Part shown: piece after piece, positions 16,952 to 25,148 of the stretch | Layout: every line of letters begins with the position of its first letter | Numbering within the stretch: the stretch's first letter is position 1 | Notes under the pieces: generated by a model | Database searches by the model: none | Seen by the model: the letters and a program-made list of their open reading frames with translations, nothing else | Told to the model about the DNA's origin: nothing | Position numbers and translations under genes: made by a program | NCBI GenBank assembly: GCA_965219535.1 | Contig: CBDCNV010000001.1 | Span: 1,740,001 to 1,772,000 of the forward strand | DNA length: 32,000 bases | Direction of reading: 5' to 3' | DNA from: Opitutales bacterium | GTDB lineage: Bacteria; Verrucomicrobiota; Verrucomicrobiia; Opitutales; PNEW01

Positions 16952-17848
16952 ATGTCTAAAGTAACTCAGGAAGATAAATTTCTTTTCGATATTCAAGGTT
17001 TTTTGATCTTGCGGGGAGCAATCGAACCTGAATTGGTGAAAGCTCTGGACCGGGCGGTAGTTGAAAATGAAGCGATCGAACACGATGAGAGTTGGGCGGA
17101 AGGATTGTTTGACAAGCCGCTTGCCGAGCGGTTCAAGTTCGGCAAGCACCTTACCAAAGACTTGGGCCCCGAACACCACGTGCGCCTGAATGGACTGCCG
17201 CGACTTGACCCGGTTTTTGATCGTTTGATCGCCCATCCCTCAATCTTGCCCTACCTTAAAGAATTCATGGATGAACCACAGTTGGTCAATACCTGGTCTA
17301 TTTCAAAATACAAAGGTATGAAAGCGACAGGTTGGCATAGCGGCCTGAAGCCCTATGATTATTCGGTACGAGACGGAAAGATTTATACGCCGATGGTGAA
17401 TGTCGTCACGATGCTAACGCCCAATCATTCGGGTGACGGGTGTTTTGCCGTCATTCCAGGTTCACACAAAAAGAATTTCGACATAGTTGATCGAAACCTG
17501 ACGAAGGAAGGGGATCCCTGGAGCTGGTCTGGCCTGGACACCCCAGGCGCGGTTGAAATAACCGGTGATCCGGGTGACGTTATGATATTCACTGAAGCAC
17601 TCGTCCATACCGGTACGGATAAAACGACTGCCCGGCGGCGTACGACTCTTCAGTACAACCATGTGGACAGCAGCAAAGTCTCTGCCGCGATGAGAGACCA
17701 TCACAACGCCCGGCATTACTGGATGCCACCTTCCATTCGGAAGCGTTTCACGCCGGAACAATTAGATATGACCAATTGGATGAATTACACCATTCCCGAC
17801 CGTTCGATACATGGTGATCAAGATAGTACGTTGGTAAATAACGGCTAA
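16952..17848 (+). CDS. PhyH-like Fe(II)/2OG oxygenase with HxG in place of HxD (halogenase-like motif)
   Basis: 298 aa. Motifs: QGFLILRGAI, TGWHSGLKP (His129-Ser-Gly131, nt 17336-17344), CFAVIPGSHKKNF, FTEALVHTGTDKT (His219, nt 17606-17608), RRRTTLQYNH. Confidence 0.75.
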   Translation: MSKVTQEDKFLFDIQGFLILRGAIEPELVKALDRAVVENEAIEHDESWAEGLFDKPLAERFKFGKHLTKDLGPEHHVRLNGLPRLDPVFDRLIAHPSILPYLKEFMDEPQLVNTWSISKYKGMKATGWHSGLKPYDYSVRDGKIYTPMVNVVTMLTPNHSGDGCFAVIPGSHKKNFDIVDRNLTKEGDPWSWSGLDTPGAVEITGDPGDVMIFTEALVHTGTDKTTARRRTTLQYNHVDSSKVSAAMRDHHNARHYWMPPSIRKRFTPEQLDMTNWMNYTIPDRSIHGDQDSTLVNNG

Positions 17849-18020
17849 TTTTTATAAACCTGAAAGCCGGAAGGCCAGAAGACTGGAAGGTTGGAGAACC
17901 GAAACCGATGAACGGCACCTCTTTTAATTTGCAGAGCCTGAGCCCTTTTGATTTCATCTCCGACATTATACCCAAAAAAAAATTTCGCATTTCAAAAAAC
18001 AGGTACCTGGAGAGTGTCAT

Positions 18021-18749
18021 ATGGAAAAATATAAGCCAATTATGAGCTTTGGTGAGGATACCGCCAAGGGCTACAGCCCACAACGTGGGGATGAGGTGGA
18101 GACCGTCGGATTCCTGGAGCAACTGGCACGGGGCGGTCCCGCGTTGGAACTTGCGATCGGCGCCGGGCGGATCGCGTTACCCTTGGCTGCTCGAGGAATC
18201 CACGTTGACGGCATCGACTTCTCACCTGAGATGGTCGCCGAGTTACGCACCAAACCGGGAGCAGAAAAGATCGAGGTCACGATGGGGGACTTCGCTGAGG
18301 TTGCGGTAGCCGGCACCTATCGCCTTATTTACGTGGTCTTCAACACGCTGTTCAACCTGCTCACCCAAGACGAGCAGGTTCGCTGCTTCGAGAACGTCGC
18401 CGCTCATCTCACTGACGACGGTTCCTTTGTCGTGGAGGCCTATACGCCTGACTTTCTTCACAAGTTGCGTAATGATCAACACGTGGACGCGGAAGCCATC
18501 GGAGTCGATGAAGTAAAGCTGGACGTGTTGCGCCATGACATGGCGACGCAGATGATCGAGGAGAGCCACGTATCCCTATCCCCCGAAGGAATTAGCATGA
18601 CCCCAATTGTCCAACGATACTCATGGCCCAGCGAGCTCGATCTCATGGCACGCATTGCCGGTCTGTGCCTAAAGGAGCGTTGGGGCGGCTGGAGTAGAGA
18701 AGCGTTCACAACCAAGAGTGAAAACTGCGTATCCGTCTATGGACGTTGA
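18021..18749 (+). CDS. class I SAM-dependent methyltransferase (GC-rich gene)
   Basis: 242 aa. SAM motif I is ALELAIGAGRIALPLAARG, followed by the acidic-loop segment VDGIDFSPEMV. Many overlapping shadow ORFs on both strands indicate locally high GC. Confidence 0.75.
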   Translation: MEKYKPIMSFGEDTAKGYSPQRGDEVETVGFLEQLARGGPALELAIGAGRIALPLAARGIHVDGIDFSPEMVAELRTKPGAEKIEVTMGDFAEVAVAGTYRLIYVVFNTLFNLLTQDEQVRCFENVAAHLTDDGSFVVEAYTPDFLHKLRNDQHVDAEAIGVDEVKLDVLRHDMATQMIEESHVSLSPEGISMTPIVQRYSWPSELDLMARIAGLCLKERWGGWSREAFTTKSENCVSVYGR

Positions 18750-18862
18750 GCATCCTTTTCGATCACTTATAATTACAGGTAGCTTTCTCCTCGTATATTC
18801 CGAGACATGCTAAATTACCTGATGGCACAACTAATGTTTGCTTCTATTGCAAATCGACGCAG

Positions 18863-19432
18863 ATGAACAATAATCGCGAGCCTGGCAAGATCATCATGAT
18901 TAACGGAGCTTCGAGCTCAGGAAAATCGACGCTTTCGCGCTCGCTTCAGCAGAATCTGCAAGAGCCGTTTTTACATTTTTCTTTTGATCACCTCCGCGAA
19001 ACCAATGTTCTACCGATGGAGCGTATCCATAAAGGAGACATCGACTGGTCAGTCATGCGCCCTGCCGTTTTTGATGGGTTCCATCGCTGTCTGCCAGCCT
19101 TAGCTGAGGCGGGCAACAACCTTATCGTTGATCACATTATTGAGAATGAGCAGTGGATGTCTGATCTTGTCCAGCTGCTCTCTTCTTTTGATGTCTATTT
19201 TGTCGGTGTGCATTGCCCGCTCTCTTTGCTGGAGCGTCGGGAACGAGAAAGGGCTGACCGGCGAACCGGAGAAGCTAATACGGACTTTCATTCCGTGCAC
19301 CGCTACTCTGAGTATGATTTTGAAGTTGATTCGACTTTACCGAATCAAAGCAACGTCGAAAAATTGATCTCAGCGTGGCGATCACGAACCAGACCTGCGG
19401 CATTTGATCGATTGGCTATAAATAAAGGGTAG
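18863..19432 (+). CDS. chloramphenicol-phosphotransferase-like (CPT family) P-loop kinase
   Basis: 189 aa. P-loop INGASSSGKST. LIVDHII, VYFVGVHCPLSLLERRERERADR and YDFEVDST match my recollection of the Streptomyces CPT layout (ILNGGSSAGKS ... VGVRC ... YDVEVDT). Confidence 0.7.
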   Translation: MNNNREPGKIIMINGASSSGKSTLSRSLQQNLQEPFLHFSFDHLRETNVLPMERIHKGDIDWSVMRPAVFDGFHRCLPALAEAGNNLIVDHIIENEQWMSDLVQLLSSFDVYFVGVHCPLSLLERRERERADRRTGEANTDFHSVHRYSEYDFEVDSTLPNQSNVEKLISAWRSRTRPAAFDRLAINKG

Positions 19433-19442
19433 CTTCAGACAA

Positions 19443-20210
19443 TCACTTGATCGGGGTGAACAGGAGGAGGGTGCCGATTTGTTCGTAACCAACAACCGGA
19501 TATAGTTTAGCTCCGGTGTGACTGGCGAGCAGAACTGCAGTTTTTGCACCACCTGTGCGGTCGTCCCGAAGCATCCGGCATAACAAGTCCCGGGCGATCC
19601 CTCGGCGGCGGTAAGCAGGAAGGACAAGCATATTCGAGCACCATGTTGCGTTACCGACAACGACGCTGCCAACCCAACCCACGGGCTCATTATCAACTAA
19701 CGCGACATAGGCCCGCATCGGTGAACCCTTCGGCAGATATTCAGGAAGAATCTGCCGCGTACGCGCCACCTTTGCCAATTTATTTGCCATGTCTTCGGTC
19801 GTGACTTGCTCAATTTTTACAGGTGTTTCGCAGCGCGGAATCCGTCGCAACTTGTGGATCATCAGCGGTTCAGTAAGCCCTAGCCGGTAACTGAGTTTTT
19901 TGAAGCCAGTGCGGAGCGATTCATCGGAGTCATCAATACCATGAATCGCGCAGACGGAGAACCGCCCACGCGTGTGCTTGCGGACGATCCGGTCAATCAC
20001 CTTTGGTGCCACACCGCAAGCAATCCATTCCTCATTGCGGTAGTTGTTGCGCTTCCGCGGTGCATCGCGCACCACCCACAGGGGTTCGACGCAATCGGCG
20101 AGGCATGGATGGGTAAAGCTTCGTGTGAAGGAAAACCCTCGTACGAACACTTCAATCGCCCGATTTATAGTGAACGGAGCGCTAGCTCGCCGTTGCGATA
20201 GGGTTTTCAT
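19443..20210 (-). CDS. GNAT-family N-acetyltransferase with N-terminal extension
   Basis: 255 aa. The C-terminal GNAT core is VGWVGSVVVGNATWCSNMLVLPAYRRRGIARDLLCRML ... GYEQIG. Confidence 0.65.
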   Translation of the reverse strand: MKTLSQRRASAPFTINRAIEVFVRGFSFTRSFTHPCLADCVEPLWVVRDAPRKRNNYRNEEWIACGVAPKVIDRIVRKHTRGRFSVCAIHGIDDSDESLRTGFKKLSYRLGLTEPLMIHKLRRIPRCETPVKIEQVTTEDMANKLAKVARTRQILPEYLPKGSPMRAYVALVDNEPVGWVGSVVVGNATWCSNMLVLPAYRRRGIARDLLCRMLRDDRTGGAKTAVLLASHTGAKLYPVVGYEQIGTLLLFTPIK

Positions 20211-20292
20211 TGAGCATCCTCTACCACTATTTAATTAGCAGAAAAGTAAAAAACTGGGATGCGAGAGCTGACTACTTTCAAAATTTTAGTTT

Positions 20293-20805
20293 TTAACTGC
20301 TTTTAAAGTAATCAATAATCTTTTTTTTGTAGAGATTCTCGCGGCTGAATATTCCCGGTGTTTTTTCCTCCTTATCATTGATGATTTCTTTCAGCCACAA
20401 CAATTGAACTGGAGGTATTAGTTGAAGCATTTCTAAATAACGCTTGTCGACATCATCTAAAAAATTAGGAGGGGCAATTAATACGGTACCTCTCGGGTAT
20501 CTAGATAATAAATACCTGCCCTCTTGAATCATGTATTCAGGAATGGATATAGATTTTGCTTTGGGGTAATGTTTTATCAAATCTTTATATATTTTACCCC
20601 AATTATGTAAGTAGGATTCACCATCGATCTTAGGGTCTTTGAACTCTAAGAATCCCTTGGCCATACATTCAAGAGAATGATAAGCACTGAAATAGGCAGG
20701 GCGCATGAGATCAGCGAAATAACTTTGTCTTGAGACTAGATAATACTCCATGGAAATGCGGCCCCATTTCCCGAGGCCCGCGTTAAATATGAATGGCTGC
20801 GGCAT
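20293..20805 (-). CDS. hypothetical protein, possibly HEPN-domain-like
   Basis: 170 aa, AT-rich. AYHSLECMAKGFLE, a later His (LHNWGK) and LLSRYPRG resemble the HEPN (PF05168-type) pattern of helix, ..EKxLKA.., H, ..SRYP. No Rx4-6H motif was seen. Confidence 0.35.
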   Translation of the reverse strand: MPQPFIFNAGLGKWGRISMEYYLVSRQSYFADLMRPAYFSAYHSLECMAKGFLEFKDPKIDGESYLHNWGKIYKDLIKHYPKAKSISIPEYMIQEGRYLLSRYPRGTVLIAPPNFLDDVDKRYLEMLQLIPPVQLLWLKEIINDKEEKTPGIFSRENLYKKKIIDYFKSS

Positions 20806-20890
20806 TGTTTATAAATAATTTCGTCTCGCTAAAAACCTTTTTCGTTATCTAATGTGGGATTAATAATACAGTAATTTATCGGAAACTAAA

Positions 20891-21589
20891 ATGAAAAATA
20901 AGCTATTCATTAAAATATCAGCGTCGTTCTTTATCTTAGGTTCAGTGATGCTATGGGTAGGGTGGATTTTGTTATTGATAGCCTTGACAGCAATTCCCGT
21001 ATCAGTTTCAGCCGATCTTATTAAGCCCATTGTGACATCAAATTCCGAATTTTCCTTTGCAACCTATATTTATGACTCAATTCTTTCACCTGCGAATGTG
21101 GATCTTGTAACTGAAAGTTGGGAATGTAAAGTTGCACAGACATCGGTTGACGAGATTGGTATCAATAACGATATTACAATTTCCTGGCAGCACATGGTTG
21201 CGCCGCATCTGGGTGAGATTGATCCCGGCTCTTTAAATACGCTGTTACTATTAAACGTAGACCGCAGGGATAAATCGGATCAAAATAAATTATATATACA
21301 GGTTTCAGGTAGCGAAGCACATGCCAAAAGAACCCACAGAGATATTATAACGGCAAAATACGAACCAATTAAAAGTGAATCCTTTTTTTATTCGTTATTT
21401 ATATGGCGGATGTCACGACTAACTATTTCTATTGATCATCTTGACGAAGATAAAGAACCGACACCCCTCGTAGTGCCAAAAAAGGGACCAAGCATGATAA
21501 TTGTGCGTTGGGTACCCGTTACACTCACGTTAGCAGTCATTGCGGTAATAGCCGTCGCCGCGATTGTTTTAAAGCGGAGAAAACTATAA
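20891..21589 (+). CDS. hypothetical membrane-anchored protein (N-terminal TM/signal plus C-terminal TM with basic tail)
   Basis: 232 aa. N-terminal hydrophobic stretch FFILGSVMLWVGWILLLIALTAIPVSVSA. C-terminus ...EDKEPTPLVVPKKGPSMIIVRWVPVTLTLAVIAVIAVAAIVLKRRKL. Confidence 0.5.
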   Translation: MKNKLFIKISASFFILGSVMLWVGWILLLIALTAIPVSVSADLIKPIVTSNSEFSFATYIYDSILSPANVDLVTESWECKVAQTSVDEIGINNDITISWQHMVAPHLGEIDPGSLNTLLLLNVDRRDKSDQNKLYIQVSGSEAHAKRTHRDIITAKYEPIKSESFFYSLFIWRMSRLTISIDHLDEDKEPTPLVVPKKGPSMIIVRWVPVTLTLAVIAVIAVAAIVLKRRKL

Positions 21590-21596
21590 GGAAATC

Positions 21597-21665
21597 AAAA
21601 AGGGACAGGCCTCGCAATTCAGCAAAAAAATAGAAATGCTGAGATGCGAAGCCTGACCCCTTTTT
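21597..21665 (+). terminator. long imperfect palindrome ending in T5; probable terminator or member of the GGGGTCA-palindrome family
   Basis: aaaaagggacaggcctcgca (21597-21616) pairs with tgcgaagcctgaccccttttt (21645-21665). It starts 8 nt after the stop at 21587-21589. A 14-bp tandem duplication cctttttgtgtccg x2 follows (21659-21686). Confidence 0.45.
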
Positions 21666-21847
21666 GTGTCCGCCTTTTTGTGTCCGAGGGCATTGTTAGA
21701 TTCGTTACCGAAATCAATAGCGTTACAAGCGAATCCGGGAAACCCAACCTTGACAACGTCAGCTATTCGGGAAGGGCTAGATGATGTATTTCGGTCGATG
21801 GATCGAATTAAGCAGAAATATAAATTAACTTTCCTCCTCTTATAAAT

Positions 21848-22423
21848 ATGAAGGTTATACAACATCTCGATAAAATAGGTGCACTAGGAGCAATTATTGC
21901 TGCATCCATATTGCCTTGTTGCTTCCCTCTCCTCGCTGTGATTACCACTGCTCTTGGATTCGGAGCCTTGGAACAATTTGCACCTCAACTTCAGTATGCG
22001 ATTCAGTTCCTCGTAGCAGTTGCTTTTATAGGTTCTTATTTTGCCTACCTCAACCATCGCGTGATCTGGCCTCTCACGATTGCAGCAATAGGAACTTTTC
22101 TAATTTTCTTTCATTATTATGTAAGGTTCTCGACTCCTTTAATCTACACAGGGTTTGGTCTGCTCGTTCTGTCGGGAGTATGGAATACAGTATTGAATAG
22201 GAAGTGGAAGAAATCTGAAACAATTTTACAATCCACCATCACTTGTCCTGAGTGCGGATTCCAGAAGAGCGAAAAGATGCCTACAGATGCATGCCAGTAT
22301 TTTTGGGACTGTCCGAAATGCGGAAAGAAACTGAAACCTAAAGAGGGAGATTGTTGTGTGTTCTGCTCCTATGGAAGTGTTCCGTGTCCACCAATTCAGC
22401 TTTCAAATACATGTTGCGCATAA
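21848..22423 (+). CDS. MerC-family membrane protein fused to a C-terminal GDCCVxC-type cysteine-rich metal-binding domain
   Basis: 191 aa. The N-terminus LDKIGALGAIIAASILPCCFPLLAV matches MerC (DKTGALG...CAACFPALA) and is followed by 3-4 TM helices. The C-terminus is CPECGFQKSEKMPTDACQYFWDCPKCGKKLKPKEGDCCVFCSYGSVPCPP. Confidence 0.7.
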   Translation: MKVIQHLDKIGALGAIIAASILPCCFPLLAVITTALGFGALEQFAPQLQYAIQFLVAVAFIGSYFAYLNHRVIWPLTIAAIGTFLIFFHYYVRFSTPLIYTGFGLLVLSGVWNTVLNRKWKKSETILQSTITCPECGFQKSEKMPTDACQYFWDCPKCGKKLKPKEGDCCVFCSYGSVPCPPIQLSNTCCA

Positions 22424-22515
22424 GTAGACGCAGAATGCCTAACTAGTCGCTGATTCTTAATTGACGATTGCCTATATTATGAAGGCATGAGTCATGAAGG
22501 AAGGTCGGGGAATTC

Positions 22516-22659
22516 AAAGGGGTCAAACATAGAATTTAATTGTCATCGACTGCTTAATTGATGGTTAAACATAGAGGAGAGATACAGCTTTAAACGTACA
22601 GTTTTTCGTGGATTGCTTACCACCCCGTTAATATTTAAATTCTACGTTTGACCCCTTTT
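22516..22659 (+). repeat. MITE-like element copy A (~144 bp, terminal inverted repeats)
   Basis: aaaggggtcaaacatagaatttaattg ... atatttaaattctacgtttgacccctttt. Collinear with copy B at 25008-25148: 10 mismatches and no indels over ~150 nt by manual alignment. Shared flanks: ggaaggtcg on the left and tatgca on the right. Confidence 0.8.
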
Positions 22660-22761
22660 ATGCATCTCATTTACAAAGAGAGTTTTCGGGATAACGACCT
22701 GCTCCCTGAACGGTAATTTCACCAGTGCGTTTTTTGAACGCAAGCATTTAGGAATGGAAAT

Positions 22762-23928
22762 ATGACAAGGCAATTATATGACGACGAACGAGTGCGTAGG
22801 ATTCTGGGCGCGGCCGACATCGACATCCTCGTCGCCTGTCGACCTGAGAATTTCAGTTATTTCAGTGGTGTGACCCGGATGATGGAACACCGATTCGAAC
22901 GCGAACATACAACTTTCGCTCTCATGACCCGAGATGCACACCCAACTCTGATTGTGCCATACTTCGAATATGAGACCATTCGAGAAGAGACCAGTGTCAC
23001 CGACATTGTTCCTTTTCGTCAGTTCACCGGAGTATCCGGTGATGAAGCCACTGATCGCAACCAGGGAGGATCCCACGAAGCCGACCTCGCGAGTAAAATT
23101 TCAGAGTTGGGATTTCAAAATAGCCGGATTGGTTACGACGAGAAATATACTCCTGTGAGTGTCTACGAATTAATCCGTGAGCATCTTCCCGATGCACAGC
23201 TCATCGCAGCCACCGACGTGTTCAATCGCCTCCGTCAGGTTAAGACTCAGGAGGAGATTAACCGCCTGACCCGGTCAAGCCAAATTGTGGAGAAGGCATA
23301 CAAAGCGATGTGGGCCGCGGTGAAGGAGGGGGTGACCGAGCGGCAGTTGGCAGCTGTTGCTTACGAAGTCTTCTTGCACGAAGGAGCCCCGCCACTGGGA
23401 TTCATGGTCTGTGGGGCAGGCGTTAGAAGCGCCATTGAACATCTTACGCCTTCCGATTGCGCTGCACGCAACGGTGAATTAATCCGCTTTGACATGGGTG
23501 TTCGTTACCAGGGTTACCAATCGGACGTGGGCAGAACTTTCGTATGTGGAACTCCGTCTTCTGAACAAACGGCAATCTACGCAACGATCTTCGATGCGTA
23601 TCAACAAGTCATCGAAGCTATGAAACCTGGGGTCGAAGGGCGAGAATTATATGAGATTTATCGCCGGGGAATGGGAGCATACTACAAGGTCACTCCTATG
23701 GATTGGGTCGGTCACAGTCTCGGGCAGGAAATCCATGAATCTCCTTATTTGGGCCCTCATATGAAAGAACCGCTCGAGCCCGGAATGGTCTTTGCCGTAG
23801 AAATTGTCCTGGGCTTTCCAGGTCGAGAGGGCTATCACGTCGAAGACCCGATATTAATAACTGAGGAGGGAAATCGTCGTTTAATCGACCTGCCTAACGA
23901 GAGTCTAATTGTAGGGAATAACTCATAA
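22762..23928 (+). CDS. M24-family metallopeptidase (Xaa-Pro dipeptidase/creatinase-like)
   Basis: 388 aa. Creatinase-type N-domain followed by a pita-bread core: IRFDMGVRYQGYQSDVGRTF, GHSLGQEIHESPYL, MVFAVEI, YHVEDPILIT. Confidence 0.8.
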   Translation: MTRQLYDDERVRRILGAADIDILVACRPENFSYFSGVTRMMEHRFEREHTTFALMTRDAHPTLIVPYFEYETIREETSVTDIVPFRQFTGVSGDEATDRNQGGSHEADLASKISELGFQNSRIGYDEKYTPVSVYELIREHLPDAQLIAATDVFNRLRQVKTQEEINRLTRSSQIVEKAYKAMWAAVKEGVTERQLAAVAYEVFLHEGAPPLGFMVCGAGVRSAIEHLTPSDCAARNGELIRFDMGVRYQGYQSDVGRTFVCGTPSSEQTAIYATIFDAYQQVIEAMKPGVEGRELYEIYRRGMGAYYKVTPMDWVGHSLGQEIHESPYLGPHMKEPLEPGMVFAVEIVLGFPGREGYHVEDPILITEEGNRRLIDLPNESLIVGNNS

Positions 23929-23945
23929 GTTTAAACAAACTGTAA

Positions 23946-23974
23946 TTGACATCTATAAAGCAAATCCAATTAAT
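23946..23974 (+). promoter_or_regulatory. candidate sigma70-type promoter (TTGACA-N17-ATTAAT) for the RraA-like gene
   Basis: ttgaca at 23946-23951, a 17-nt spacer, and attaat at 23969-23974, 8 nt before the ATG at 23983. Pattern match only. Confidence 0.25.
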
Positions 23975-23982
23975 TTAAAATT

Positions 23983-24693
23983 ATGGCTGTCGACTTTGCA
24001 TTGATTGAACAATTACGTGAGTATGACACTCCCGATATCGCTGAATCGCTGTTGCGATTGGGTTGCAAGGACAACCATAAATATACCATGGGCATCGATG
24101 TTAAGCTGATGACTCCCTTTCTCCATCCCATCGTAGGTGTCGCTGTGACCTTAGTTGTCAATACGAGCACGCCGGGCTTTGAGACAGATCTCGAGGGTTT
24201 AATGCAGGCGGAAGAAAAAATTCGCGCCTCAAAAGTGCCAACCATTGTTGTTATGAAATCAGTGGGTTCGCGAATGACACATGAGTGCGTAACAGGCGAT
24301 TATATGTGCGCGATGTTTCAGGCAGGTGGTTGTGTCGGTCTTGTCGCCGATGGGGGTATTCGTGACCTCGAAGCGATAAACCACCTTGGTTTTACCGTCT
24401 ATGGTTCCGGCACGATGAGTGATCATGCTTCCGTAAATTACAAACTAGCCAATGAACCGATCACCGTCAGCGACGTTACCGTGGATCACGGCGATTTACT
24501 CCATGCTGATATTAACGGAGTGCACTTGATTCCCGCCGAGTATCACAACGAGATAGTCGAAGCTTGTCGCGTGACTAGCGAACTCGAGACCGGTGGACGC
24601 ATTATCGCCCGTCGTACCGATCTCAGTGCCCGAGAAAAATGGACCATGGTAAAAGCCCTCGTCGAAGAGCATAAAAAAAATGCCGACCGTTGA
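23983..24693 (+). CDS. RraA-family protein (RraA / HMG-aldolase / oxaloacetate decarboxylase fold)
   Basis: 236 aa. Motifs: GCVGLVADGGIRDLEAINHLGFTVYGSG, VTVDHGDLLHADINGVHLIP. Confidence 0.75.
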   Translation: MAVDFALIEQLREYDTPDIAESLLRLGCKDNHKYTMGIDVKLMTPFLHPIVGVAVTLVVNTSTPGFETDLEGLMQAEEKIRASKVPTIVVMKSVGSRMTHECVTGDYMCAMFQAGGCVGLVADGGIRDLEAINHLGFTVYGSGTMSDHASVNYKLANEPITVSDVTVDHGDLLHADINGVHLIPAEYHNEIVEACRVTSELETGGRIIARRTDLSAREKWTMVKALVEEHKKNADR

Positions 24694-25007
24694 TAAAGGG
24701 TTGAATGATAAGTCTAAAGGTCAAATAGTTCAAGATTCAGAGGTTAGCTATATCTTATCTAAATTCCTGAGTTTCAGATATCACCCGACAATCGATATAT
24801 ATCTATTTCGGTAAGATAATATATAAATGCGTGAGGAGGTTCTGTAAGCATCCCTCTTGGTGCTGTAACTTTGTTAGCTGGTTTAAAATGTAATTTTACT
24901 TTGTAATTTTTCCATTCGCCTAAACCAATTAAAATGATTCCCCAGATAATTAGATGTGCCTGGCTATTCGTAATTCCTTTGAATTCGAATTATTTCTGGG
25001 AAGGTCG

Positions 25008-25148
25008 AAAGGGGTCAAACGTAGAATTTAAATGTCATCGATTGCTTAATTGATGGTTAAACATTGAGGAAAGATACAGCTTTAAGCGTACAGTTTTTCG
25101 TGGATTGCTTACCACCCTGTTAACATTTAAATTCTACGTTTGACCCCT
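25008..25148 (+). repeat. MITE-like element copy B (~141 bp, perfect 26-bp terminal inverted repeats)
   Basis: aggggtcaaacgtagaatttaaatgt at the left is the exact reverse complement of acatttaaattctacgtttgacccct at the right. Same orientation as copy A. Confidence 0.8.

Noticed and set aside
18040-18715. Cluster of 61-108-aa ORFs on both strands overlapping the methyltransferase gene.
   Set aside because: They are a typical artefact of locally high GC content (few stop codons). Only the 242-aa frame has a recognisable SAM-binding motif.
21584-21865. 93-aa minus-strand ORF between the membrane-protein and MerC-like genes.
   Set aside because: It spans the palindrome/terminator and the 14-bp tandem duplication, has no recognisable motifs, and overlaps both neighbours' ends. 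It is most likely non-coding.
21848-22423. Complete mercury-resistance (mer) operon.
   Set aside because: Only a MerC-like fusion is present. merR, merT/P and merA are absent from the window.
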